Source of the DNA: Neoechinorhynchus agilis | Taxonomy: Eukaryota > Animalia > Acanthocephala | Length of the DNA stretch: 64,000 nt | Direction of reading: 5' to 3' | Assembly: GCA_051530055.1 (NCBI GenBank) | Contig: CM121341.1 | Location: 15,478,784 to 15,542,783 of the forward strand | In this document: piece by piece, positions 25,480 to 37,574 of the stretch | Numbering within the stretch: the stretch's first letter is position 1 | Layout: each line of letters opens with the position of its first letter | Translations under genes and position numbers: made by a program | The notes under the pieces: generated by a model | The model's database searches: none | Told to the model about the DNA's origin: nothing | Seen by the model: the letters and a program-made list of their open reading frames with translations, nothing else

Positions 25480-26560
25480 AAAATTTTATCGAAAATGTAC
25501 TGAGGACTGACAGTGGGAGCTTAGTTTAAACATGAAAACAGTTTGGAAAAAATAATTCATCTCAATGTTGATAAAGATGGTTAGAAATGGAGAAATATTT
25601 TTAAACTTAAAATAGCGAAAATTGGAACACGAGTGGGTACGTGGAAAATAAGGCCAACTCCAGGTTGACAGAACGGTGCGAAAAAAAACAAAAAAGAGAG
25701 CTTCAGAAGTGGACAAAAATTAAGAATATTTTTAGGGTAACCGAGATTTAAATCATTTTGGAAATGCTGCTGAGGACAGATAAAGGTAAAATATCCTTAA
25801 AATTGCGGCGACGGGGCAAGAGGATCACAAATTTTGTATTTGGTTAGATAAAGGCAAATTTTTTCGAAATGGTCTAAAGATAGACGATAGAATTCCAAAA
25901 AAGAGAACAGAATAAATTGTTTTTCATCAGAAAAATGGGTTGCTCATTAATCAAAAACAGGAAATCAGGAGAGATCGAATTCGATTGGAAGATCTTAAAT
26001 TTATGAAATGTTAGGGTAGAGTGATGATAATGTGGCTCGTTGGAGCACAGAATAAGCCAAAACCAGTTAGAAAATACAAATCGTGATTAACGATGTACAT
26101 AAGACGATAGGCGATAAGTAGCTACCGAATAAGTTCCAAAAAAGTGAACGGAAGGAATAGTAAGAGTTGTTTACAGTAAATAGGACGATAAGGTGGGAAG
26201 CAGTAGGTAGAAAATGGAATCAAGTAGAAAGCGAAGTGAAGCTCGGGGAAAGAGACAAAAAATTGTTCAATAGAAATTAATTCCATCTTGAAAAGTGTTC
26301 CAAAGAAGTGACCGCGTAAAAATGATAATTTTCAATGCGTGAAACAGAGCAAAAAGAGGTCAATGATACAAAATAGGAAATATCCTATAAATCTACAAAG
26401 GCCAGAGAAATATTATTGTAGATCTAAACAAAAAGGCAACTTGTATTTAATCGAAAAGGCAAACAAGAACGACTAGAGAGATTCTTGAACAATTTTATAA
26501 AGTAATGATATGAAAATAAAATTGAAGTTCCATTCTTCCTTTCCGTTACGAAAAGATAAC
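25480..26560 (-). mobile_element. Highly decayed L2-like RT remnant
   Basis: Pyrimidine-rich minus strand with a YRPI..K..L.FLE-like block; many stops. Confidence 0.4.
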
Positions 26561-26574
26561 CGTTTCGCCTTAAA

Positions 26575-28420
26575 ATAATATAATAATAACACGTTTATTG
26601 TTAAAAAATATAAAGAAAGAAATAGGAAGACCCATGCACCTTTGGGTCCTCATCAGCATTCAAGTTCACAATTGTTCAATGGGAATATTTGGTCGGAGGG
26701 ATGTTTATTCGGGTGGGACTACCCAGTCGTGGACATTTCGTTCGGGTGAGGATGTGTCCGTTCGTTGGAGAATATCCGATCGAGTAGGAAGGTCCATTCT
26801 GGTGAGAATTGGAGTTTATTATTTGCAGGAGAACTTGTAAGGTTGGTCTCTCCTCAGAAACATTTCAAGATCCGATATTCGAGAGAAGATTGGGCAGCAT
26901 GGAAAAAGGAGCGTAGATATAGTGAGGTGCGAGGTATAGGAGGGTGAAACGAATTAGGATTACGAGTGTTGTGCGCGTGTGAAAAGGGAGCGATATGTGG
27001 AAGAAATTGTGGTGGTAGGGTTGAGAGGCGTTTTGATTGTTTTGTGAAAGTAGCATCAAGGCATTCGGTACGAGGGGAAAAGTCAACTGTGCAAATTTTA
27101 GATGCTATTTTGTGAAGAATTTCAAGACGGCGGATTAGCGATCTGGAAAGGTTGCTAAATACGAGATAACCGTAGGTGAGGGAAGGTAAAATAAAGCAGA
27201 AGTAAAATTTGTAGAGATCGGTGAAGGGATTCCTAAATGTCAGAGGCCTTTGAGACGACAATTTTTAAAAGTGTTGTGTTTGAGGGACAGAGTGATGCGC
27301 GAGTCCCATTTCAAGTTTGATTGAAATTGGATACTTAGAATTCTTAGGGAGGTTACTCGTACGATGTCATTTAGAAGCTCAGGGGATGATGTGAGGTTGC
27401 GGGAGAGCAACGGGATCATTTCGAAGCATTTAGAGAAATTCAGGTGGAGTTTTGTTATTGGTGCAGGTCTTTTATGTATGTAATTTCTTTAGAGTTCAAG
27501 AAGAGGGAGAGGTGGGAGGGTGATTTTGTGATGAGAGTGAGATCGTCGGCGTATCAAAAGAGTTTAGAGTGAGAGGAGATAGGTTTGAGGTCGTTTAGGA
27601 AAATATTAAAAAGAAGTGGTGACAGCACCTTGAGATACGCCTTTGGTGAGGGATAGAGTGATCGAGGAGGTAGATCGGCAGTGAATGTATTGTATGCGAT
27701 TGTGAAGATAAGATTCGAGCCAGCGGATCTGCCACGCGTTTGGACCGAAATCGGAGCAGGCCCGGAGAAGGAGTGAATTGTCACCGGAGTCGAATTCTGT
27801 CGATAAATCAAATTGAATGAGACGGGTGACGTGGGAGGGATTATTGTCGAGGTTACGTAGAAGCGTGTCATAAATGCAAAGTAAGTCATCGGTTGCAGAA
27901 AATCTAGGCCGGAAGCCAAATTGTAGGGGCGATAACTTTTCGTCGAGAAGTGGAAGAGGGCGAGCTTTAAAACATTTTTCGATGATTTTTCAAAGAGCGG
28001 GTAGAATGGATATTGAACGGAATGATTCGGTGGAAATTGGATGTCTTTTTTGGAAGTAGGATAACTTTAGCAGTTTTCAGGCATGAGGGGTAGATGCCAT
28101 ATAAAAAGGTGTGATTTATAATGTGGGTGAGGGTCAATGACTTCGGAGATGATGCAGCGAAGAGCCCACTTTGGGATTTCGAATTGGGAGGACAACCTTC
28201 GAGGTAATTTCTAGAGATGTTGTGGTACTTCATATGATGAAACTAAGGGGATTATCGGCGAGTTGACAACGATAAGTATTTTGTTAGTAATTGCTTTTCG
28301 GATTGAGAGGACGAATTTCGAGGTAATTTCTTGAGATGCTGTAGTACTTCATATGATGAAACTAAGGGGATTATTGGCGAATTGACTACGATAAGTATTT
28401 TGTTAGCAAGTGATTTTTGT
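26575..28420 (-). mobile_element. 5'-truncated L2/CR1-group LINE with intact 3' end
   Basis: RT blocks (KTAKVILLPKK, FDLSTEFD, WLESYLHNRIQ, KGVSQG, LSPLLFNIFLNDL), C-terminal ILPSLTYG/HNTRNP; 3' stem-loop 26626-26651, AATAAACGTG and (TTA)n tail. Confidence 0.88.
28200..28415. repeat. Tandem direct duplication (~120 bp period) at the LINE 5' truncation
   Basis: GAGGTAATTTCT.GAGATG.TGT.GTACTTCATATGATGAAACTAAGGGGATTAT.GGCGA occurs at 28201 and 28320; a single copy also at ~63905. Confidence 0.8.
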
Positions 28421-28635
28421 AGACGGGGAGAGTCTGGTGAGTTATTGAGGTATACTTATAAAAGTGAACAATTCTATTTATAAATCGTTGACAGAAAATC
28501 CTTCCTGATGATAGAATTAGAATTGTGCTGCCGAGGAAACCTCACTTCATGAGTCATCTATAAGATGTAAAGATATTGTACATAAGATAATTTAAGGATA
28601 GGTGAATTTATTAAAATTAAATTAAATTGTCAATT

Positions 28636-28673
28636 GAATTCGAATTTTCGACCCTTTCGTAGGTCTTCGTCAG
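28636..28673 (-). ncRNA. Minimal hammerhead-ribozyme-like motif (inverted pLTR copy)
   Basis: CTGACGAA-GACC(T)-ACGAAA-GGGTC-GAA-AATTCGAATT-C. Confidence 0.6.
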
Positions 28674-29350
28674 GATATCTAAAACAAGGACAGGTTAAGT
28701 AATCCCAGTCCGCAATTTGCACTATTTCGTAGGGCCTACAATTACTGTTCTGATCAATATTGTTTGAAATAAGAAATTGATTTTTGAAAATTCTCTTAAA
28801 AAAAGAGGCTACCCGTATAAATATATCACACGTTTCATTCGAGGCATGAGCATTTGGAAAAAGACTCAAAAGAGGACAAACGGTATATAATCATTCCATT
28901 TGTGAATGGCATTTGGAACGGAAAATTAAATAATCGTATCGTTAATGGATATGGTAACAAAAACATGAAGGCAGTTACTTATACGACAAAACAAAAAACT
29001 CTCAGTGCCCTCATAGGTTCTGCAAGAGGTGACCCACCGCATGGTGTTGTCTACGATATACCTTGTGGGGATTGTAATAAGTCCTATATTGGACAAACTA
29101 ACAATCTTCCACGCAGAATCTATGAACATAAATATGCACTGAAGCGATGTGATGGAAATTCAGCGATTGTCAATCACGTCAATACGACAGGACATTCCAT
29201 CAATTTTGATGATGTCAAAATCTTGATGGGTAGTGACGATCGATATTCGCGTGTTATCGTTGAATCGATACACATTCACGATCGCGACACGATGGAAGGC
29301 AGTTGAAATTGCGGACTGGGATTACCTAACCTCTCTTTGTTTTAGATATC

Positions 29351-29388
29351 CTGACGAAGACCCACGAAAGGGTCGAAAATTCGAATTC
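29351..29388 (+). ncRNA. Minimal hammerhead-ribozyme-like motif in the Penelope 3' end
   Basis: CTGACGAA-GACCC-ACGAAA-GGGTC-GAA-AATTCGAATT-C: intact core, 5-bp stem II, 10-nt palindromic helix III, UUC triplet. Confidence 0.7.
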
Positions 29389-29994
29389 AATTGACAATCT
29401 TAATTTAATTTTAATAAATTCACCAATCTTTAAATCATTTATAAGACTCGATCGAGATCGACCGAGGTTCGGGAACCGTATCTCCGCTCCCTTCGTCGTG
29501 TTACTTTTTTCATTGATTTTTAGCATTTCACTGTCCAATTGTTTTATTCTAAAATTAGCTTCTTAAACTTGAAGAAACGAAGTACTTTAGAAGTAACAAA
29601 GTTGAGCTTATTACAACATCACTTATGGTTATCCCTCATATCCTACCACCCGAATGCAATCCTCAATATAGTTTTTTTATTGCGTTCTGCGCAATTGCCT
29701 GCGATTCTCAATTTTTTATTGATAAATCGGAAATTTTCCAACTAACAATTGAAAGTAAGGCATTTTAGAATGTTGACTTAACTCGTTCTTGATCTTCACA
29801 AAACTTTTTTAGATGGCTGTGGAGGCGAGATTTTCTCGCGAAATATTTCATAATAATAAAAGAATCTCGAACCGGGATTATGTCACCACCCTTCAAAAAA
29901 ATTTAAATTAGGTCGAAGAGTTTTTATAATAATGGACTTAATACCAATATATTCCAGATTACTAAATAATTTTTGGTAGAAATTACATTTGGTT

Positions 29995-30530
29995 TGAAAC
30001 ACTCCAAAAGGCAATTTTCCCTAACTGAATTGAATCGTACGCTCTTCTATTGATCTAAAAGGAAAAATTAATGCACCTGTAAAGGAAAAATCTTTTTAAG
30101 ACATATCAGACGATTTGCAGTTTATCAAGCTTTGCCATTTATTAATAAAAAATACTACGAGACAACATACAGGATATGATACTTAGAATCACAAAAATTT
30201 GAAAAATAATTAGACGAAAAAATCAATGGAAGTAAAGTGTCTTCTAATATTCACTCATAAGTGAAAATTGTAAAAAAGTAGTAATGATTTAATTTTTAAA
30301 TCGAATGCGTCCGGAAAAAAAAGCGGGATTTTAGTTTTAAAACATTCCAAAAAGGCGATTTTCCCTGACCGAATTGAATCGTACGCTCTTCTATTGATCG
30401 AAAAGCGAAAATTAATGCATTTGTCAAAGAAAAGTGTTTTTAAGGCATATTAGACGTAGTCTTCTTATATCCACGCAGAAGTTTTAATTGTAAAAAGAAG
30501 AAGTAATGATTAAAATTTTTGGATCGTCAA
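29995..30530. repeat. Direct repeat (~345 bp period) upstream of TFIIB
   Basis: GAATTGAATCGTACGCTCTTCTATTGATC is identical at ~30027 and ~30371; similarity continues to ~30305 and ~30530, the second copy lacking ~110 bp. Confidence 0.75.
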
Positions 30531-30860
30531 AATCAGCAATAGCAAATCACATTTTATGGATGTAATATTGTTTTTACTGGCACGCCGGTTCTATTCATTC
30601 AGGTTTATAGCATCTCTTCTTCGGGTTTTTAATTTTCCTTTGCTAAGGAGCAAAACCAAAAAGCCGAGGAAGCGATGTCATAAATCTGGATTTCCAAAAT
30701 ATTCGCGGTATTTATTATGTATGAGTAAGTAGGCTCAATTCGCTGAATGCAAAACATTGTGCCGATACCACCATCCAGTAATTATACGCGAATCGTGGCA
30801 ATTCGCGTCGCTTGACACATCGATCAAAACTTTGCTGTTTTCAACTTTACAAAATTTAAA

Positions 30861-31766
30861 ATGAGGCGCTACAATCTGGCCTATGAGTGTGCAGATCACC
30901 CAGATAGCGAACTGATCGAAGACTTCAAAGCTGGGGATCTGATTTGTCCCGAGTGTGCTGTTGTCGTTGGTTCGAGGGTGATCGAGATTGGAAGGGAATG
31001 GGAGAATAGTGACGATATTGCAAAAGGGAATCTATACAACCTGAGCTATAACATGGAGACGACAATCGCTCGTTCATACAATCGTGGTTCTTCGGATGAA
31101 TTCGGAAGGCAAAAGTATGCTGAGTGGAAACCACTTAATTCAAATACAAAAACGCTTTTAGCTAGATATAAAGCAGTTAAAGATCTATCAGCAATTCTCA
31201 AAGTTCCAGAAATTGTTGTCGAAAAAGCACAAGAGACAATCAAGCGTATTACAGATGTTTGCGGATTGGGGGGCTATTCGCAGGAAATTATCGTTAGCGC
31301 TGCCCTTTACTTTGCATGTAGACGGGAAAACCTAGCACGATCGTTCAATGAGATTTGTGAAAAAAGCAAAGTCGGAAAACGTGATCTTGGTCGGGCATAC
31401 AGACGATTACTTGAGCTGTTAGACGAACGTATGACAATAGTGAATCCAGAGGATTATGTTTCAAGGTTCTGTAAGAAGCTGAAATTGGGTATTGATGTAG
31501 AGTCATTGGCCGCGCATTTTGTGAAGAAAGTTCAAGATTTTGATTTATTATCTGGACGAGCAGCTCCAACAGTAGCTGCGGGATGCATTTTTATGGCTGC
31601 ACAAGCTTATGGATTAAAGCACACTTACACGAATATCAGCATCGTTACAGCAGTTCCAAGCGAATCAATACGTAACTTTTATCGAGCAATGTTTTCTCTT
31701 TGTAGCGACATGTATCCCAAAGATAATGAAGTTCCTATCAAATGGTACAGACTGCCTCCTCCATGA
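30861..31766 (+). CDS. GTF2B: Transcription initiation factor IIB, divergent and intronless
   Basis: Zn ribbon CADHP..LIEDFKAGDLICPECAVVVGSRVI, DEFG..KY linker, SAALYFACR, SRFC..L, SGRAAPTVAAGCIFMA. Confidence 0.9.
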   Translation: MRRYNLAYECADHPDSELIEDFKAGDLICPECAVVVGSRVIEIGREWENSDDIAKGNLYNLSYNMETTIARSYNRGSSDEFGRQKYAEWKPLNSNTKTLLARYKAVKDLSAILKVPEIVVEKAQETIKRITDVCGLGGYSQEIIVSAALYFACRRENLARSFNEICEKSKVGKRDLGRAYRRLLELLDERMTIVNPEDYVSRFCKKLKLGIDVESLAAHFVKKVQDFDLLSGRAAPTVAAGCIFMAAQAYGLKHTYTNISIVTAVPSESIRNFYRAMFSLCSDMYPKDNEVPIKWYRLPPP

Positions 31767-31918
31767 GATAGTTAACGCTTTTATTAGTAATAAATTAATA
31801 GCATTTAGTAAGCAGTGGCCAAATGCATATTACGTTTTGTAAAGTTGTTAATGGATTTATTTTGTTTAGTGATATAGAGATTGTTTTATTGCTACCCTTT
31901 CACACAATATTTCGTTAA

Positions 31919-33435
31919 TCCCGTCGGACTTTAGGTCTAAAAGGTAACTCAGTGATGACTTTATCCTAAGTTTTAGCCTATAATCCGCCTTATATTACTG
32001 GAATGTGTCACGATAGTCAGTGTACATTGCTGATTCGATGTCGAGTGACTCACCACTGCAGAGCTTTGGTAAGTTTTCTTATTCAATAGCGTTTCGATGC
32101 TCACCAATCGTGCGTCGTAGATTGTTAGTCTGCCCAATGTAGGATTGTGGGCAGTCTTTACAGTGTATGTCATAGACGCACCCTTCCAAGATGGAGTTGG
32201 CTAATTGATTAACAATGCCGGACAATTTCTTGCCGGCTCTGCAAAAATGTATGCATTTTTTTGTTGGGCCGTTATCCGATCTCAGGATTCGATTTTTACA
32301 TCGGAGTTCCATTGATCGTTATTGAATGGAACTTCAACGAAAACCCGTTCTTTGGGTTCGTATTGCTTTCCGAAGGAAGCATAGCGTACGTCCCGAATAC
32401 AGCAAGCTATCTTGCTATCCGGATAACCTCTCTTTACCAACATCTCCCTCAGCAAATATAGTTCATGGTGTAGGAGATTCTGATCAGAGCAATATCGAAA
32501 TGCTCTGTTTACTAAGGTTCTGATCCTCGCTACTTTGTAAGATACTGGTTGGGTAGAGGTCCCATTGTACCACACCGTGTGAAACGTTCCTTTTTCAATA
32601 CATCGTGGTCCTATAAGTTGAGTTTTGTCGTCTTATGATAACATCCAGAAACGCTAAGGAAGATGCTTTTTCCATTTCCACGTCCCATTGTATGTATTGG
32701 TTCTTCGTGTTCAGCAGATCACTGAATTCATCCTCAGAAAATGTTGACCGCTTCATCAGGATGAACGTGACATCCCTTTCCCATTCCTGTATATAGAGCT
32801 CCGCCAATGCAGGCGACAGTGGACTTCCTAAGTAATTATCTCCATTCCACTTTGCTTAAGTTCCACGTGCCATTTTATTCCAGGATTGGAATCGCAAGCT
32901 CAATTGCTTCTTCAGTTGGTTAATTAATAAACATTGGTCTAATATCCGCTGAGAGCCCTGCAATTGGTCGCTTTTGATTGGATCTTTATGCAATACCCAA
33001 TGAGAGCCCGACCAATAATAGCAGCTCATTCCTCATACAGTAGCAAGGTCACCAGAAAGTTGGCAGGTTTTCTCCGATCAAAATCTCGAGGGCAGTGCGA
33101 ACATGGTAACGTCAGCCTATGATTTTCTAGAGAGAATCAAATCCGTCAATTGGACAGACGATATATGTTATACTACCTTCAGTAGGTGATACGAACCCAA
33201 AGAACGGATTTTCGTGGAAGTTATAATCTACGACGCGGGATTATTGGGCATCGAAACGCCGACAACAAGAAAACGGATCAAGGCTGTGCAGTGGTGAGTC
33301 ACTCGACATCGAATTAGCAATGTACATTGACTATTGTGACATATTTCAATAAAATAATGCAGATTATAGGCTAAAACTCAGCATAAAGCCAAACCTTTTA
33401 GACCTTAAGAAGTCCGACGGTGCGGACGGAATATC
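31919..33435 (-). mobile_element. Penelope-like element (RT 3' part and GIY-YIG) with inverted partial duplication
   Basis: GSPLSPALAELYIQEWE, LAFLDVII, TLVNRAFRYCSD, RGYP, GCVYDIHCKDCPQSYIGQT; 33140-33422 is an internally deleted reverse complement of 31919-32370; degenerate hammerhead at 33404-33435. Confidence 0.88.
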
Positions 33436-33958
33436 GAATCAATAAAATTAATCTCTATTTTCTCAATCACCAAACAAAATATAACAAGCTTTGTCTTTGT
33501 TGGCAGACGGCAAGAATATTCACATTTAAGGGATCCTTAATACAGATGCGTGGCAGTTTTAAGAAGTTCTCCTTCGAGACTTCAAAACGCTTGTCTGCTT
33601 TGAGAAGAATCCCAACTGCGCCTAATGTAATTTACATATTCCGCAGAAAGATCATGCCGCGTATTTATGTCAATGAGTTCAAAATCTTACTGAAGTTTCT
33701 CAATATGACAATGCTATCTTTTCGATAAAGTATCTGATAATATTGTTTTGATGGCTGAAATCTCAGCTTTTATGGCGACGACGTTACTCTCTTCTCAAAG
33801 TCTTTGTCTTTTTTGCATATAGAGCATTCATTTTGGCAAACGAGTTCTAAGTTTTGCCGAAGATAAATTGGAAGGCCACTTACAGGTCCTTAGAAGAAAC
33901 TCAAGATTCCCATGGACGTCTTTATATCCTTTCTTCGGCATAATCAAACCAAAAAGTT

Positions 33959-34821
33959 ATGATTCTATTTCAAGGATGGTTCGTCTACTTTAAATTTATT
34001 TATTTTGTAGCTTTATCATGTACAACATTCGGTATATGCCTTCCGCAGTTGTCCTCGACGCTATATGGTCGAATGAGGGTGCCGTATCCTTCAAAATCAT
34101 ACAGCAGCTTTTTCTGTATCATAAACTTATGGAACTCTCTTTTCGTCGCGTGTTTTAGTACCGTTCCTGACTTCTATGTCCGATATTATGGCTCGCCAGT
34201 ACGATGCAAACTTATGACTTTTGTTACAGTAAGTGGCTCCTTCAGCGATTTCGAGAACTCTTGGTAATGAAACCGCTTGAGGGAGTCACATTAAGCTGCA
34301 TAGGAAATTCCACGCTCATTCTAATGATCATCTCGATACACCGATTGTACCTTTTGAAGTCCGGAATCGCCCTTCAACAAGAATTGATGCGACAATCACT
34401 AATTGGAGTTCTTGTTTGCACACTAATTTCAATGGTAACCAGCATCCCCGCTGTGTTGGGCGTACAATTTACAAATGGATTCTGTTCGCATTCCGTACCT
34501 GCGATGGAAGTTACAAAAATCGTTCAATTGACGGTCGTGCCTTTAGGTTCCTTACTTACTTCTGCCTTACTCGGACTATTCAGTCTTTATTATCGTTCAT
34601 TAAAATACCCTTCTATTCGATCCAGTAAAACCACGAAACGGATGTACCGAAACCTCTTGAAGCAAATCGCTCCTCTCAGTCTCGTTTATGGTCTATTTGG
34701 CTACTTTGGAAACTATATTCCGCGAATCGAGGATAGTGCAGTACCAATCAAAATCTTGAGAATGGTCAGCGATAGTATCTGGCATTTTAACACAATGATC
34801 GTTTCTTTGACATTGAAGTAG
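33959..34821 (+). CDS. Divergent rhodopsin-like (class A) 7TM receptor, two exons
   Basis: GT-AG intron 34229-34281 joins the two ORFs in frame, giving CKLMTFVT/GVTLSCIGNSTLILMIISIHRL (TM3 Cys and HRL for DRY); about seven hydrophobic segments by eye. Confidence 0.6.
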
Positions 34822-35539
34822 AGGATAAATTTGGAACATAAACTTATTTAAATAATATTTATTTTTATTCAAGAATTAACACCGTGATTACTAAATCGTC
34901 GATGATCTCATATAAATGATTCACTGTTTTCCCTTTGAGAGTGCTTTCTTAAAGTCAATTCTGTAGCTATTCAGTGATTTTTAACCCCGTAGTTTCGCAA
35001 ATACTTTACGCCTTAATTGTAAATAGGACTGATAACAATTATCGAATTGACTTGAAGACGATTTAGTTCTGCCCTTTAAAATGATAATTTCATTCTAAAG
35101 GTGAACTTATTTTGAATAACGGATTTAGATGACAGGAAAATTTTATTTTCAACTAAAATGATCTTTTTTTTTGAAAAATTGCGCCAAAAACCCTTTCCAA
35201 ATCGTTATGTTCAACGTTTCGGCTTGCTTAGGTGGTGGAGAACGATCAAATCGGGCGACTAGGGTCAGAGTGTGCTCAATTTACTATGCGCTATAGAAGC
35301 ATAGAACCTTCTAAGGCACGGATCGGTTTTTAATTTTAAACAAACATTTTAACGCGTAGTGCAAAAACCAAACAAAATCAATGGATATTTTCTTGAAATC
35401 AGCAACACTATATGCGGATGGCTACAAAAATGACATTCAATATCAATTTGTGAATACTCAAGTTTTATTCGTTTATCTATCATTTTAACAAATTTTTGTT
35501 TTTAAATGGAAACTTGAGTGGCTACTGTAATGATAAATA

Positions 35540-35945
35540 AAAATCTTTATTTTCGAGCTTTCACCGTCTTACGACTACCTCAGGAATCTACACAACAGCG
35601 TGGAGCTGTGAAGTGTGTCATTTGTTGCATTGTCAGCTGATTTTCTCGACCGCATGTATATATTTCTTTTATATTGATGTAAATTAGCACTTTCGGCGGT
35701 CGGAGATACTTTGTTTTACATCAGAGAAGTGATGTTACCACTTAAATTCGGATGAAATGTTAAGAGTTCGTACATCTCTCCGGATGCTCAGATACCTCCA
35801 GGAGGCAAGAAGCCATAAGACGGTGAAAGCTCGAGAATAAAGATTTTGTTTTTCTTTATCATTCCAACAGCCCAACAAGTGTCCATTTAAAAACAAAACT
35901 TAATCATTCATGCTGCTGGAAAAATCAAGTGGTATTCACAAGATT
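35540..35945. mobile_element. Penelope-like 3' end with inverted copy and degenerate hammerheads
   Basis: ACGGTGAAAGCTCGA.AATAAAGATTTT at ~35820 (+) and inverted at ~35545-35575; tail shared with 44330-44420 and 53185-53245. Confidence 0.6.
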
Positions 35946-36174
35946 ATTATTTTAATGAAAACGCTGTTCTGATTTAACAAAAGCAGTTCGTTTTCGAACG
36001 GTGCCTGACTCCAATAAACAACCCATTAAAATCCGCCGATAAAAGATTTCTTCAATTAAAGTAGGCAAATTATGAATTAGCAGACTCAATTTTAGAATCG
36101 TTTTAAATATGTCTTCCAAGTTAGAGCGAATAAAAATTGAAACTGAAACGCTATTTTGTAAGGATGTTCATCAT

Positions 36175-36410
36175 TTACTCAAGATAACTTATTAAAATTA
36201 ACAAGTTTTGGAAAATAATGTTCTGTGGAGCCGCGGTTTTCTTCACGCTGGCAGCATTCCCTCGGTTTACTGCGAGGGAGATGTTTTGTTTAAGGAATGC
36301 TGTCGAACGCGGGTCCCTTTCCATCGCCATCGACTTCTTTGCTATATCGGATACAAGCTGAAGTGCGGATTCTCCGAGAACCCCGAACGTTTCGATCCCG
36401 AAAGGCACAA
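36175..36410 (-). mobile_element. CRE-like RLE retrotransposon 3' fragment
   Basis: PFGIETFGVLGESA...FLKQNISLAVNRGNAASV, homologous to 14592-15143. Confidence 0.75.
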
Positions 36411-36647
36411 AATGGAGGTTACACTCATTTTAAGATAAACAGAGCATTTCGGAAAGCTTTAGAATCGCACTTGAACCTGTTAAAGTTGTACAAAACAATT
36501 ACAATTTTTAACTCTGAAATTAAAACCTATGGCGATGTATCTGAAAACAAATGCGTTTAAAGCTGTTCTCTGATCAGAATGGGAACCGCAATTGTTTAAT
36601 TTTCAAATTTGAAACCTATGGTCAAATTTTAATCCCAATGTCCTCGA

Positions 36648-36860
36648 CCGTCATCCTCCGGATCCGTCATCCTCCGGATAAGTCATCCACATCGGATCTG
36701 TCATCCACTCCGCATCCGTCATCCACATTCACTTCCGAATCCGTCATTCACCACTCCGGATCAATCATCCACTCCAATTTCAGGATCCGTCATCAACTCT
36801 AAAGTTATCACGAGGACCCAGAGGTACATGGATCCTCTTTTTAAACAAAATAAATAAAAC
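36648..36860 (+). repeat. Minisatellite (~8 units, consensus TCCGTCATCCACTCCGGA) ending in the L2-like 3' stem-loop and tail
   Basis: Units of 16-25 bp read directly; followed by GAGGACCCA-GAGGTACA-TGGATCCTC and AATAAAACGTG. Confidence 0.75.
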
Positions 36861-36944
36861 GTGTTGTTGAAGTTCGGCTTTCCCTGGCTACCCATCAAAA
36901 ATCGATTTGTTTTTCTTAAAACCTGAAATTATAAAATATGTCTC

Positions 36945-37574
36945 TTAAGCATTCCCATAATTGAACTCAAGGAACTTCCTCAAGTTCTGATTTGTACTGA
37001 GGGCATAAACAAACTCGTCTTTTGATATTTCGCGATTTCCGTCACAATCCATTTCGCTGGTAAATCGAGCTGCAATTCTTGATACATCTGCGTCGGACAT
37101 GTTATGATTATCCTTCAATTTGATTAATCCTGTAATCGCTTTCCTTAGTTCCTTTTCGGTCACGGCATTGCTATCATCGGCATCAAATATGTCGAACAGA
37201 ATTTTTGCCCTTTCCACTGGATTAGCTTGATATATAAGTCAGCGGTCAGTCTATTTGTCCATGATCCATTCTAAATAAACGCCCGCTGCTCTAAATGCAT
37301 TTGGTAGGAAATATTCCACAAATGAGATTCCGCCGGAATTGTCCGTATCGAAGTATCGGAAAACGACATCGGCTATATGTTCCACATTTGCATTCGGATA
37401 CTTTATTTTAAATCTGTTGATGAAAGTTTCCTTGTCCATAATTCCACTTGGAGCATAAGTTTTAAATCGGTGATAGCTTTCCCAAACGTTTTTTTCGCTG
37501 CATTTCGTTGATTGGCTAAGCATCTTCATCAACTTTTCGGTTGGTTCCTTCTGCGCATTTTGACGGGCACCCAT
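36945..37574 (-). CDS. Neuronal calcium sensor (hippocalcin/neurocalcin-like) EF-hand protein
   Basis: MG myristoylation start, PSGIMDKETF, EF loops DTDNSGGISFVE, DADDSNAVTEKE, DCDGNREISKDE; one intron, best drawn as GC-AG 37282-37226. Confidence 0.85.

Larger units (their letters stand above)
28600..29425 (+). mobile_element. 5'-truncated Penelope-like element (RT thumb, GIY-YIG endonuclease) with inverted terminal repeat
   Basis: RAYNYCSD..RGYP, GVVYDIPCGDCNKSYIGQT...RIYEH; 28600-28720 is the reverse complement of 29305-29425. Confidence 0.9.
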
